From Eubacteriales bacterium (lineage in GTDB: Bacteria > Bacillota > Clostridia > Oscillospirales > CAG-272): a stretch of 64,000 nucleotides of DNA. Below are positions 17,474-26,791 of this stretch, piece after piece. The notes below the pieces were generated by a model. The model was not told the DNA's origin. It searched no databases and saw nothing but the letters and a program-made list of their open reading frames with translations. Each line of letters begins with the position of its first letter. The first letter of the stretch is position 1. The DNA lies in NCBI GenBank assembly GCA_045531485.1, contig JAZSEC010000024.1, positions 3,666 to 67,665 on the forward strand, in the 5' to 3' direction. The position numbers were made by a program, and so were the translations under genes.

Positions 17474-17504
17474 AAGGGCGGTCTGACATCAGACCGCCCT
17501 TTTA
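17474..17504 (+). terminator. Rho-independent terminator of pulA
   Basis: gggcggtctg-acat-cagaccgccc-tttt. Confidence 0.85.
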
Positions 17505-17510
17505 AAAACG

Positions 17511-17541
17511 ATTGCCGCCAAAATTAATTGGCGGCAATTTT
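17511..17541 (-). terminator. Terminator of the minus-strand gene run
   Basis: attgccgccaa / ttggcggcaat hairpin with T-runs on both strands. Confidence 0.7.
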
Positions 17542-17551
17542 TATTTAGCTA

Positions 17552-18424
17552 TTAAGAGAAGAAATCAACTACGTCCTTTGCAAGTCTGTCAGGACAGTCA
17601 ACCATAGGAGAATGTCCGCAGTTTTCGTAAGGAAGAAGGGTTGCAAGATCGCCCAGTGCATTGTAATTATCAAGCACCATATAATCGGGAACGACAATGT
17701 CCTTCTCTGCCATAGTAAGAGCTACGGGGCACTTGATGTTCTTGATGCTACCATCACCCTTGCCATAGGGAGTATACTCGTCGGACATATTGAGATTTGC
17801 AAGAGCCCAGTCAAGATCGACAAGGTTTCTCTGCTTGAGAGTCTCGGACATCCAAAGATCGTTCTGCTCTCTGGTAGGCTTATTAACGGTATAGATGGTG
17901 GCATCCCAGATGGAGGTCATCATAGCCGCATCACCCTTAGCAAAGCAGTTGAGTGCGGGAAGAACCTGGATGGGATCGTTCGCCATCTCCTCCTTATTTG
18001 CATAAGGCTCGCCGGTGGACTGATAATTTTCCTTCTTATATACGGGATAACCCTTAAGGCCGGCACCCTCGATGTCGAAGAACTTCTTAACCTTTTCGGG
18101 ATACTTTGCACAAAGCTTAAGGCTTACGCCGCCGCCGTTAGACCAGCCTACGAGATAGTAGCTGTCAATACCGAGAGCCTCGGTGAAGAGGTTAACGTCA
18201 TCAGCAAGCTCCTCAAGGGTGTCAAAGCGGTTGTTGTAGCTGGAATCACCGAAGCCGCGAAGATCAACGGCAATGCATCTGTACTTATCCTTAATGCGAG
18301 TAATAAGGGGCTCGTAGTGGATCGAGGAGGACATATTACCGTGTACCATTACTACAACGGGGCCCTGACCCTCATCAAGATATGCAAGCTCCTCGGAGCC
18401 TATAGATATAAACTTCTTTTCCAT
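17552..18424 (-). CDS. Alpha/beta-fold hydrolase (esterase-type nucleophile elbow)
   Basis: VVVMVHGN oxyanion region, nucleophile elbow GWSNGG (G-x-S-x-G) and a C-terminal NCGHSP His. 290 aa. Confidence 0.8.
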   Translation of the reverse strand: MEKKFISIGSEELAYLDEGQGPVVVMVHGNMSSSIHYEPLITRIKDKYRCIAVDLRGFGDSSYNNRFDTLEELADDVNLFTEALGIDSYYLVGWSNGGGVSLKLCAKYPEKVKKFFDIEGAGLKGYPVYKKENYQSTGEPYANKEEMANDPIQVLPALNCFAKGDAAMMTSIWDATIYTVNKPTREQNDLWMSETLKQRNLVDLDWALANLNMSDEYTPYGKGDGSIKNIKCPVALTMAEKDIVVPDYMVLDNYNALGDLATLLPYENCGHSPMVDCPDRLAKDVVDFFS

Positions 18425-18439
18425 ATCGTTTCTCCAAAA

Positions 18440-19261
18440 TTAAATTTTGATCTGCTCGTCAAGCAGGTTTGTAAAGCCGAGAACGAGAGCGGTAAAGGAT
18501 GCGGGATCCTCATACATGCTGGCGTGTCCCGAGCCATTGATGGTAACGTAGCAGCTGCCCTTGATCTTCTCGTGCAGAAGAATCTGCTCTGTGGGAGGAA
18601 CAAGACCGTCCTCCGAGCAGGAGATGATAAGGGTGGGACAGCTGATCTCGCTGACTCTGTCGGTGTAATCGTAATCACGGGAGCTGTCGGTAAGACGGAT
18701 AAGGCTCTCAAGCACGTCGGGACGGGAGAAATAAGGAATAAGCACTCCCTCTCGTCTATCCATCCACGCCGACTCTCTCTCGTAGAAGCCGGTGGAGTAA
18801 ATTACCGGAATGGTGGTGAGATAATATGCCTCGCCAACGCCGGTCTTAGCCACTGCATTCCAGCCGTCGCCGATCTTACGAAGCCAATCGGACGTACGGG
18901 CACAGGTGTTGGCAAGCACAAGGCTTCTGACTCTGTCAGGACGCTTTACAGCATACTGAATGGCGATCTCACCGCCGTAGGAAATACCCATAATAGTGTA
19001 TTTCTCATAGGGGAGAAGGTCGAGCAACGCCTCCAGGACTCTAACCTGAATGGAATGATCGTAGCTCTCGGTCATTCTCTCGCTCTGTCCCTGATCGAGA
19101 AAGTCTAAGAGAATGGTAACGTTGTTACGTGAAAAATTAGGAACAAAGGATTTCCAGCTGCCACAGGACATCATAATTCCGTTAAGGATTACGAGAGGCT
19201 GTCCGTGATCGCCGTGTACCTCGTAATATACCCTTTTGCCTTCAAAGAGAAATTCAGCCAT
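18440..19261 (-). CDS. Alpha/beta-fold hydrolase
   Basis: LVILNG, nucleophile elbow GISYGG (G-x-S-x-G) and C-terminal GSGHAS. 273 aa. Confidence 0.8.
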   Translation of the reverse strand: MAEFLFEGKRVYYEVHGDHGQPLVILNGIMMSCGSWKSFVPNFSRNNVTILLDFLDQGQSERMTESYDHSIQVRVLEALLDLLPYEKYTIMGISYGGEIAIQYAVKRPDRVRSLVLANTCARTSDWLRKIGDGWNAVAKTGVGEAYYLTTIPVIYSTGFYERESAWMDRREGVLIPYFSRPDVLESLIRLTDSSRDYDYTDRVSEISCPTLIISCSEDGLVPPTEQILLHEKIKGSCYVTINGSGHASMYEDPASFTALVLGFTNLLDEQIKI

Positions 19262-19269
19262 GATGCACC

Positions 19270-20577
19270 TTACTTATTAGCAATAATGCCCAGAGCGAGA
19301 GCCTCTTCTCTAATCTGATCTCTGAACTTGGGATGAGCAATCGAGATAATACGCTCTACACGCTCTGCAATACTGGTACCGCGAAGAGATACGCAGCCGT
19401 ACTCGGTTACAAGGTAGTCAACGTCATTTCTGGAAAGGGATACTGCCGCACCTGCCTTAAGCTGACAAACGATCTTGGAGGTCTCAACTCTCTCGCCGGT
19501 TGCGGGATCCTTAACCATAGCGGTGGAATAAAGAGCGATAATGGAGCGACCGTTTCTGGACTTCTGTGCACCAACGGCGGTGTCTGACTGTCCGCCCGTA
19601 CGCGAGAACTGAACGGAGCCGATAGACTCGGATGCACACTGACCGGTAATATCAACCTCTATGGTAGTGTTGATGGAAACCTGGTTATCGTTCTGCATAA
19701 TGGTATAGGGATCGTTTACGTAGCCACCGTCAAGGATCTCAACTGAGGGGTTGTCGTCGATAAAGTCGTAAAGCTCCTTGGTACCCATAGCGAAGGCAGC
19801 AACCATCTTACCGTTGTTGATCTGCTTGCACTTACCGTTGATAACACCTGCCTTAGCAAGCTGAACCATTCCGGTGGTGAGCATCTCGGTGTGTACGCCA
19901 AGGTTCTTCTTGCCGTAGAGGCTGGCAGCAACGGCGGTGGGAATACCACCGATACCAAGCTGGATGCAGTCACCGTCATTGATCATATCGGCAATAAGCT
20001 TACCGATGGCGAGATCCTTCTCGTTGGGAACGGCGTCAGCGATCTCGGGAATGGGATAGTCGACCTCAACAAGATAATCAACGTCGTTTACGTGAAGCTG
20101 AACGTCACCAAAGGTTCTGGGAGCGTTGGGGTTGATCTCAAGAATAACCGTCTTAGCCTTCTTGATCATCTGCATCTCGTATGTATTGGAAATGGAAAGC
20201 GATACGTAGCCGTGCTTATCGGGCATGGATGCGATACCTACGTAGATATCGGGCTCGCGATAGAAGATCCTCTTCTTTGCCGCAAGGTGAAGGTGGTTGG
20301 GAATGAAGGAAATGTTTCCGTTCTTATGAGCCTTTCTGAGCACGGGGGTGTAGAACCAGCCCTCGGTAGTAAAGCTCTCCTTGTATTCGGGGTTAACGAT
20401 AAATTCGTAAGCACCCATAGGAAGACAGTTGGAAACCATAACTCCCTTAACCTTATCTGCGATGGTGTGCAGATTGGTCATAAACTCTCTGCCCTCTGCC
20501 GAGCCAAGACCGGTTACAATGTAATCACCGCTCTTTACAAGGTCAAGAGCTTCGTTAACAGATACGTACTTTGCCAT
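19270..20577 (-). CDS. Family I acyl-CoA:carboxylate CoA-transferase (4-hydroxybutyrate / butyryl-CoA:acetate CoA-transferase family)
   Basis: Collinear by eye with C. kluyveri Cat2: LQLGIGGIP, LGVHTEM, AKAGVINGK, GTKELYDF, NDNQVSINT..VD..GQ.ASESIG, GGQSD, VDYLVTEYG, IAHPKFR. 435 aa. Confidence 0.85.
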   Translation of the reverse strand: MAKYVSVNEALDLVKSGDYIVTGLGSAEGREFMTNLHTIADKVKGVMVSNCLPMGAYEFIVNPEYKESFTTEGWFYTPVLRKAHKNGNISFIPNHLHLAAKKRIFYREPDIYVGIASMPDKHGYVSLSISNTYEMQMIKKAKTVILEINPNAPRTFGDVQLHVNDVDYLVEVDYPIPEIADAVPNEKDLAIGKLIADMINDGDCIQLGIGGIPTAVAASLYGKKNLGVHTEMLTTGMVQLAKAGVINGKCKQINNGKMVAAFAMGTKELYDFIDDNPSVEILDGGYVNDPYTIMQNDNQVSINTTIEVDITGQCASESIGSVQFSRTGGQSDTAVGAQKSRNGRSIIALYSTAMVKDPATGERVETSKIVCQLKAGAAVSLSRNDVDYLVTEYGCVSLRGTSIAERVERIISIAHPKFRDQIREEALALGIIANK

Positions 20578-20701
20578 AGTTATATCTCCTTTTCTTGAGA
20601 AAATTAATAATTTAAATAATGTATTTTAATTCGCTGTGCGAAATAATAAGCTACGTTAATGAAAAATGAAAGTGAAGTGATAATTAATATAATAATGTAA
20701 T

Positions 20702-20732
20702 TAAAACGAGTCCCGCCCCGCGTAGAGCGGGA
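20702..20732 (-). terminator. Candidate terminator / attenuator between the binding-protein gene and the CoA-transferase gene
   Basis: The minus strand reads tcccgc...gcggga followed by ctcgtttta. The stem is short. Confidence 0.4.
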
Positions 20733-20841
20733 GCCCGTTTACAAGCAGCGGAAAATAAAGTAAAAATTTAAAGGATCATTCTATATCCTTTCCGCCAACA
20801 AAAGTCATCCTTGTGAGATATGATTTGTTTTTTGGTGGTTG

Positions 20842-20861
20842 CCCCGCCCGTGTGGGCGGGG
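20842..20861. other. Strong all-GC hairpin
   Basis: ccccgccc-gtgt-gggcgggg. The T-run (acttttgtt) lies on the + strand side, although the adjacent gene is on the minus strand. Confidence 0.6.
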
Positions 20862-20905
20862 ACTTTTGTTATTTAAACTGAATTAGTATGTTCTTATACC
20901 GAAAA

Positions 20906-22504
20906 TTACTCAGCGAGAAGCTTTCTGTATTCTTCGATAGAGGTCAGACCGTGAACGGAAAGGCTCGATGCAGAGTGTGCTCTGGTGGAGTCGTAAGCGT
21001 TTACGTCGTAGAACATGGTAAGGCCGAAGGACTGAACGCCACCGCGAAGACCGTTTGCGAAGGAGATCTTGTCAGCCATTGCAACCTGGAATTCCTGGGA
21101 CTCCATAATTGCGATAAGGTTAGCTCTGGAAAGAGCCTTACCGGACTGCTCGAGAGCCTCGAGTGCCTGGCAGAAGAGATCGCCTGCGATGTAGCCTGCA
21201 AGTGCGTAAGCGTCATAGCTCATTGCGAATGCCTTGGTCTTATCCTGGGTAAATACGTAGTCGTAGATGTTGTTAGCTACGGTCCAGTACTCGGGAGAGA
21301 AGCCTGCAACGCCAAGCTCATAGAAGTTACCGCCTTCGTCCTTAGCATATACAAGACCTGCTGCCTTATATGCATTGTAAAGTGCGGAGCTATCATCCTT
21401 ATAAATGTACTCAGTAGAGGTGATGTCAAGCCAAGCCTGAGTGAAGATATTCATGGTAGAGAAGATAGACTCGTATGCGGGAAGCATGGTCTGAGATGCG
21501 GGATCGTTGAATACTGCTGCAGATGCATTGTTATAAGAGGTAAGAACGTTGCAAACGTATGCAGAGTCAGCCATAGTAGTAAGAGCAGTGAGGAAGTCAG
21601 CACCGATTACAGTAAGGATAACGGTGTCACAGCCTGCTGCCTTAAGGTTGTTAACAGCTGCGGTGTAGTCGGAGGTAGAAACGTCCTGATATACGATATT
21701 GGTAAGCTTGGACTCGGAAGCCTCTGCCTTAATACCGGAAAGGAGTGCCTGAGAAGCCTCGTTGGAGTTGGAGATAACGCCAACCTTAGTAGCTGCAAGA
21801 CCACCCTTGTCAGCGGGAGCGAAAGCACGGAGGATAAGCATTCTACCCTCAGTACCGTTAAGAGGCTGAACGGGGAAGATACCCTTGTCGCCGATGGAGG
21901 TAGCATTCTCGTTGAAGAGAACGTTGTTACCTGCTGCAGCGTAGATCATGGGAACCTTTTCATCCTTAAGAGTCTCGATGGTTACGTCTACTGCATAGGA
22001 GCCGAAGTGACCAACGATTGCAAATACCTCATCCTCATAGATGAGAGTGTCAAGCATACTGATGGAGTTGTCGGGAATACCGCCGTCGTCATAGTGCTTA
22101 AGAGCTACCTTCTTGCCGTTGAAGCCGCCAGCCTTGTTGTAAGCTGCGAAGGCTGCCTCAATACCCATGTTGAAGGGGCCACCGATAGCTGCGAGTGCAC
22201 CGGTAGTACCTGCGGTGTTACCTACCCAGATGGTATCGTCGGTGATACCCTTGAGATCGTCGGGAAGATCAACGGGCTCGTCGTTGCCGCCGTCACCGTT
22301 GCCACCCTGCTCACCGTCGTTACCGCCGTCACCGTTGCCACCCTGTTCGCCGTCGTTGCCGCCGTTACCGCCGTCACCGTTACCACCGTCGCCGTTGTCA
22401 CCCTGATCACCGTTATCGGGGAAGAGGAGCGAGCAGCCTACAGTGCTGAAGCAAAGTGCAAATACGAGAAGGAGTGCGAAAAGCTTAAATATAGTTTTTT
22501 TCAT
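20906..22504 (-). CDS. Liv-type (Peripla_BP_6-like) ABC substrate-binding lipoprotein, ligand unknown
   Basis: Lipobox TVGC, then a 46-aa G/N/D/E linker. IWVGNTAGTTGALAAIG...KVALKHYDDGG...FAIVGHFGS resembles branched-chain amino acid / amide-type binding proteins. It is last in a livHMGF-like gene set. Confidence 0.8.
   Translation of the reverse strand: MKKTIFKLFALLLVFALCFSTVGCSLLFPDNGDQGDNGDGGNGDGGNGGNDGEQGGNGDGGNDGEQGGNGDGGNDEPVDLPDDLKGITDDTIWVGNTAGTTGALAAIGGPFNMGIEAAFAAYNKAGGFNGKKVALKHYDDGGIPDNSISMLDTLIYEDEVFAIVGHFGSYAVDVTIETLKDEKVPMIYAAAGNNVLFNENATSIGDKGIFPVQPLNGTEGRMLILRAFAPADKGGLAATKVGVISNSNEASQALLSGIKAEASESKLTNIVYQDVSTSDYTAAVNNLKAAGCDTVILTVIGADFLTALTTMADSAYVCNVLTSYNNASAAVFNDPASQTMLPAYESIFSTMNIFTQAWLDITSTEYIYKDDSSALYNAYKAAGLVYAKDEGGNFYELGVAGFSPEYWTVANNIYDYVFTQDKTKAFAMSYDAYALAGYIAGDLFCQALEALEQSGKALSRANLIAIMESQEFQVAMADKISFANGLRGGVQSFGLTMFYDVNAYDSTRAHSASSLSVHGLTSIEEYRKLLAE
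22280..22417 (-). repeat. G/N/D/E linker containing a 36-bp coding repeat x2 (DGEQGGNGDGGN)
   Basis: Minus-strand translation is DNGDQGDNGDGGNGDGGNGGN then DGEQGGNGDGGN DGEQGGNGDGGN D. Confidence 0.85.
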
Positions 22505-22610
22505 GGTTTTTCTCCTTTGTTTGTATTAACATTTATCATTTCTCACAAATGATGCAAATGTTTCAAGATTTGAGTGGACAAAAGCCCAAGTTAAGCGGGA
22601 TTTTGTCAGA

Positions 22611-22634
22611 ATATGCAAATAATAGTTTGCATAT
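22611..22634. promoter_or_regulatory. Palindrome between livF and the binding-protein gene
   Basis: ATATGCAAA-taatag-TTTGCATAT, a perfect 9-bp inverted repeat whose half-site ends resemble the 33250 palindrome. Confidence 0.3.
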
Positions 22635-22652
22635 TTTACATTTTTCGGTGGA

Positions 22653-23366
22653 TTAACCGCCGAGATACGCCTCCTTAAGGCGTTCGTCATTGATCAGATC
22701 CTCTGCTCTGCCATGCATGCTTATTTTACCAAGCTCAAGCACGTAGGCATAGTCTGCGATCTTAAGAGTAGCAAGAGCGTTCTGCTCTACTATCAGAATG
22801 GTAGTGCCCTCCTCCTTGATCTTAACAAGGGTCTTGAAGATATCCTTGATAAGCAGGGGTGCAAGACCGAGAGAGGGCTCGTCAAGAATAAGAAGCTTCG
22901 GGCTGCCCATAAGTGCTCTGCCTATGGCAAGCATCTGCTGCTCACCGCCGGAGAGAGTGGAGGACTGCTGCTTTGCACGCTCCTTAAGTCTGGGGAAGAG
23001 GGTGTAAACACGCTCAAAATTACGTGCAAGCTCCTCCTTATTCTTGATATTGTAAGCACCGACACGAAGATTTTCCTCAACGGTAAGGCCAACGAGAACG
23101 AATCTACCCTCGGGTGACTGCATTATTCCCTGCTGTGCCACCTTATGTGCAGATTTACCGCCAATGCTGTTGCCGTCGAAGATGATCTCGCCGGATGCGG
23201 GCTTTAAAAGTCCGGAAATAGTCTTAAGAAGCGAGGTCTTGCCGGCACCGTTGGCACCGAGAATAGCCACTATCTGTCCCTTGGGAACAGAGATGTCAAC
23301 GCCCTTAAGAGCTGCAATAGGACCGTAATTAAGCTTCAGATCGGTTGTTTTAAGAAGTTCGCTCAT
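22653..23366 (-). CDS. livF: Branched-chain-amino-acid-type ABC transporter ATP-binding protein LivF
   Basis: Walker A GANGAGKTS, signature LSGGEQQML, Walker B LLILDEPS. 237 aa, typical LivF size. Confidence 0.9.
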   Translation of the reverse strand: MSELLKTTDLKLNYGPIAALKGVDISVPKGQIVAILGANGAGKTSLLKTISGLLKPASGEIIFDGNSIGGKSAHKVAQQGIMQSPEGRFVLVGLTVEENLRVGAYNIKNKEELARNFERVYTLFPRLKERAKQQSSTLSGGEQQMLAIGRALMGSPKLLILDEPSLGLAPLLIKDIFKTLVKIKEEGTTILIVEQNALATLKIADYAYVLELGKISMHGRAEDLINDERLKEAYLGG

Positions 23367-24790
23367 TATTCATCCTCCTCTACACCGAGATAAGCCTCTT
23401 GAACGGCTTTATTGCTCTGAATTTCATCGGTAGTGCCGATAGCCAGCATCTGACCGAAGGATATTGCACATACGGTATCGCAAACCTCCATTACCAGTCC
23501 CATATCGTGCTCGACAAGAAGAATGGTAACACCGAACTCGTCGCGGATCTTACGAATGGTTTCGGTAAGCTCTGCGGTTTCGGAATCGTTAAGACCTGCG
23601 GCAGGCTCATCCATAATGATAAGCCTTGCATCTGCCATAAGTGCACGTGCTATCTCAACCTTCTTAAGAATACCGTAAGGCAGACCGAATGCAAGCCAGC
23701 CGGCATAGGATTCGATGCCCATAAACTTAAGAATAGTCATAGCCTTCTGACGAAGAAGCCTTTCCTCCTTCTTAAGAAGAGGAAGACCAAGTGCGTGGGT
23801 GAAGAAGCCCGAGCGATAGGATCTGGTGCTGGCAACCAGAAGATTTTCAAGAACCGATATCTCCTTAACAAGCTCGATATTCTGGAAGGTACGGCCGATA
23901 CCCTGAAGGATAATGTCGTGTACCTTATATTTTCTGAGATCTACTACCTCGCCGTACTTGTTTTCAAAGTGCATATCGCCGCCGGTAGCGTCATAGAAGC
24001 GTGTGATACAGTTGAACACGGTGGTTTTACCTGCACCGTTAGGGCCGATAAGACCGAAGATCTCGCCCTTCTTTACGTCAAAGGTAAGATCGTCAACAGC
24101 CTTAAGGCCGCCGAAGTACATCTTAAGTCCCTTAACCGAAAGAATAACGTCATCGGGAAGCTGATGCTTTACCTTCTGCTTAGATCTGAGGATCTCGATG
24201 CTCTCGCTGATAGAATCCATCTTAGCCTGAAGCCTTTTCTGCTGAGATGAAACCGTAGCCGAGTATTTTGCATCAAGAGAAGCCTCAAAGTCCTTATACT
24301 TAGCCTCAAGAGCCTGACGCTGCTGCTCGTAAGCCGAAGAATCGCTGGAGGAATGACCTGCTACGAAGGCATCTCTCTTAGCGAGAAGCTTCTTTACGTA
24401 AGCCGCACGGCTATCGAGAATAGCCTGATTATCAGTCTTAAGAGTTTCGAGTGCCGCCGACCAATCCTTGCCCGCCTTGATAGCCTTGAAGATGGCCTTG
24501 GCAGCCTTATGATTTGCGGCACGGTGAGAGAGATACTTCTTTACGTCATATTTCTGAAGCTTCTCGCCCATAACTCCGTCGGCGTATTCGGTCTTGTCAC
24601 AGGCCGTAAAGGCAGCCGAGCGAAGCTTTTTATTTGCCTTGTAGACAAATTTGTTAAGCTGGTGCTGTTTTTTCTCTTCGTACTTGCCGGGAATTGCATC
24701 ATACTCCGTCTTAGTCCAGTCCAGGCTCTGACGAAGCTTTACTGCACGGGCGGCGGTAGCGGGAAGAATATTATCCAAGATCCTTGCCAT
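23366..24790 (-). CDS. livG: LivG-type ABC ATP-binding protein with an approximately 213-aa N-terminal charged helical extension
   Basis: The C-terminal 260 aa are LivG-like ([33 protein letters not shown]). The N-terminal 213 aa (24152-24790) lie in the same uninterrupted frame. The ATG at 24790 has a GGGAGG RBS 7 nt upstream and overlaps the livM stop by 20 nt. Confidence 0.85.
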   Translation of the reverse strand: MARILDNILPATAARAVKLRQSLDWTKTEYDAIPGKYEEKKQHQLNKFVYKANKKLRSAAFTACDKTEYADGVMGEKLQKYDVKKYLSHRAANHKAAKAIFKAIKAGKDWSAALETLKTDNQAILDSRAAYVKKLLAKRDAFVAGHSSSDSSAYEQQRQALEAKYKDFEASLDAKYSATVSSQQKRLQAKMDSISESIEILRSKQKVKHQLPDDVILSVKGLKMYFGGLKAVDDLTFDVKKGEIFGLIGPNGAGKTTVFNCITRFYDATGGDMHFENKYGEVVDLRKYKVHDIILQGIGRTFQNIELVKEISVLENLLVASTRSYRSGFFTHALGLPLLKKEERLLRQKAMTILKFMGIESYAGWLAFGLPYGILKKVEIARALMADARLIIMDEPAAGLNDSETAELTETIRKIRDEFGVTILLVEHDMGLVMEVCDTVCAISFGQMLAIGTTDEIQSNKAVQEAYLGVEEDE

Positions 24791-25865
24791 ATCGTGCCTC
24801 CCTTATCTTTAAACGAAGTTTCTTAACCTTAACGCGAAGCTCTGTGAGAAGCTGTGCAAGACCGCCGGGATAGAACATTACAATAAGAATAACGATCGCA
24901 CCCAGAACAATATAGATGATCTCGGGGTTCTTCTCAAAGAAGGGGATTCGGTTAAGGATAGCAGTCTGCATTCCGAACATTACGAACGTACCGAATATTG
25001 CACCCCAGATGGACTTATATCCACCGATGATAACGGCTGCAAGAATATTCAGCGACGTGATAAGTGCATAGGTACCCGTTCCCTCGCTGGCTCTTACGGA
25101 GGTCTTGATGATCATGATCATTACGCCCGAGAGTGCAGCGTACATAGTACAGATAACGAATGCCATAAGTCTGTATTTCATAAGGCTGATGCCCATGGCC
25201 TGAGCAGCGGCGGTAGAGTTCTTCATCGCAAGCATCGCTCTGCCGGTGGGGCTGTTGATTATGTTATGCGTTATTATCATAACGACAACGAGAGCAGTGG
25301 ATACGATCAGCATCATGTGCCATCTGGTGATCTGCAGGCCGTTTAAAATAGTGAACTTATTGGGAATTCTTATATTATCCTCAAGTGCCATGTAGGCGTA
25401 TCTGAGGATCTCGGACAGACCGAGAGTAAGAATTACAAGATAGATACCCTCTATACGAAGCGAGATAAAGCCGACTATAACACCGATTACGGCCGCAACG
25501 ACCAGTGCTACTACGATAGCGATCCAGAATCTCATGCCGGATTTATGCATAATGTAGTAAACCGCATAGGTGCCTATACCCATAAAGCCGCCGGTGCCGA
25601 GAGAGGCAAGTCCGGAGTAGCCCATAAGCAGACAGAAGCCTATGGATGCTATAGAATAAGCAAATACAAGAACGTAAGGGGTAACGTAGGAGATGGGAAT
25701 GATCTTAGTAACAACCGCATCGCCTACAAGCCATGCTAAAAGCAGGAAAATAATAAAATGTGTTTTGGGATTGGCAAGGAATTTGCGTATGCTGTCAAAG
25801 GTCTTAGTTTCCTTTTTCGCAGTCTTACCAAGAAGGGAGTAGCGTTCTTCTAAAAATCTATTCAT
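24771..25865 (-). CDS. livM: Liv-type ABC permease LivM
   Basis: Polytopic membrane protein of 364 aa. GYSGLASLGTGGFMGIGTY is typical of LivM. Sits between the livH-like and livG-like genes. Confidence 0.85.
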   Translation of the reverse strand: MNRFLEERYSLLGKTAKKETKTFDSIRKFLANPKTHFIIFLLLAWLVGDAVVTKIIPISYVTPYVLVFAYSIASIGFCLLMGYSGLASLGTGGFMGIGTYAVYYIMHKSGMRFWIAIVVALVVAAVIGVIVGFISLRIEGIYLVILTLGLSEILRYAYMALEDNIRIPNKFTILNGLQITRWHMMLIVSTALVVVMIITHNIINSPTGRAMLAMKNSTAAAQAMGISLMKYRLMAFVICTMYAALSGVMIMIIKTSVRASEGTGTYALITSLNILAAVIIGGYKSIWGAIFGTFVMFGMQTAILNRIPFFEKNPEIIYIVLGAIVILIVMFYPGGLAQLLTELRVKVKKLRLKIREARYGKDLG

Positions 25866-25870
25866 ACGTC

Positions 25871-26788
25871 TTACACCTTCTTTTCTATTTTTTTGCCGAA
25901 GATACCCTGCGGCTTGAAGAAAATGATAACCAATGCAATAGCATAAACAATTACCATCGACCAGTTGGAGAGCTTCATCTCACCCATTGGGTCAACAAAG
26001 CTAAGACCGTAAATAACGAGGTTATTCGCCAGGGGAATAAGAAGTCCGACGATTACGGGACCGTGGAAGGTTCCGAAGCCGCCAAGAATACCCGCAACGA
26101 AGGCAAGAACCTGGAAATCAGTCATAAAGTACACGCCGATAGTGCCTCCGGTGGAAGCGTTGATGGTAGCGGCAAGTGCACCGAGTGCACCGGCAAGGCC
26201 CCAGGAAATAGCGGTAATTACATGTGTGTTGATTCCCATCATACCCGCAACGTACTCGTTGGATGCGGTTGCTCTTACCGCAAGACCCCATTTACTGAAT
26301 CTTAAAAGAACGAATATAACCGCAATAACCACCGCGGTGATGCCCATACAGAGAAGTGCATTTCTGGTGATGGTTACAGGCTCGCCTCCAACCTCAAAGT
26401 TGAGGTTGCCTTCAATAAACTTAGGAATTGCGAGATTAGGCGTTGTGAATATCATCGGAGTTACGTTAACGACGATCTGAATAAGTCCCATGGTGATTAT
26501 CTGCTTACCAAGAGCGTTTACGTAACGTCCGCGTCTGAATATTCCCACGTCAACCGCGGTCGCGATAGCCATGGACAGTATCATACCGATAGGAAGAGCA
26601 ATCCAGATTGGATAGCCCTGTGCCAGCATGGCGTTCGCAACAACGTATGCACCGAATGCAGAGATAACACCCTGTGCAAAGTTAGTGGTAAAGGACGTCT
26701 TGAATATCATGGTGATAGCAAGAGTAACCAAACCGGTAACACACATTTTAGGTATTGAACTTAATAATGTGTTGAGTAAATGTGCCAT
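25871..26788 (-). CDS. livH: Liv-type ABC permease LivH
   Basis: Polytopic membrane protein of 305 aa. NFAQGVISAFGAYV is typical of LivH. Confidence 0.85.
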   Translation of the reverse strand: MAHLLNTLLSSIPKMCVTGLVTLAITMIFKTSFTTNFAQGVISAFGAYVVANAMLAQGYPIWIALPIGMILSMAIATAVDVGIFRRGRYVNALGKQIITMGLIQIVVNVTPMIFTTPNLAIPKFIEGNLNFEVGGEPVTITRNALLCMGITAVVIAVIFVLLRFSKWGLAVRATASNEYVAGMMGINTHVITAISWGLAGALGALAATINASTGGTIGVYFMTDFQVLAFVAGILGGFGTFHGPVIVGLLIPLANNLVIYGLSFVDPMGEMKLSNWSMVIVYAIALVIIFFKPQGIFGKKIEKKV

Positions 26789-26791
26789 AAA

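Noticed and set aside
14604-17489. A 961-aa antisense ORF covering the whole pullulanase gene. Similar very long antisense ORFs are 2992-5142, 5642-7168, 20888-22552, 26780-28585, 30857-32815, 39075-41042, 17612-19108, 50410-51648, 58657-59931, 9933-10961, 10799-11695, 72-1040, 13189-14196, 43629-42709 and 48619-49596.
   Set aside because: They are codon-aligned mirror images of well-supported sense genes. Their translations are low-complexity V/G/L/N-rich strings with no motifs, RBS or signal. They are explained by the sense genes avoiding TTA, CTA and TCA codons.
17552-19261. The two alpha/beta hydrolases as PHA synthases (PhaC), completing a PhaA/PhaB/PhaJ set.
   Set aside because: Both have a Ser nucleophile elbow (GWSNGG, GISYGG) rather than the G-x-C-x-G lipase-box Cys of PhaC. 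At 273-290 aa they are also too short. They are more likely esterases or thioesterases.
20842-20850. The CCCCGCCCG 9-mer recurring at 20842 and 63307, with a related CCCGCCCCG at 20712, as a dispersed repeat family.
   Set aside because: There are only two or three short copies. A specific 9-mer recurring once in 128 kb of two-strand sequence is not far from chance, and the 63307 copy has no inverted partner.
22167-22410. ORFs reading PLPPSPLPP (plus strand) or TVTAVTAATT (minus strand), and the idea of a proline-rich protein.
   Set aside because: They are antisense or out-of-frame readings of the G/N/D linker repeat of the Liv-type binding lipoprotein.
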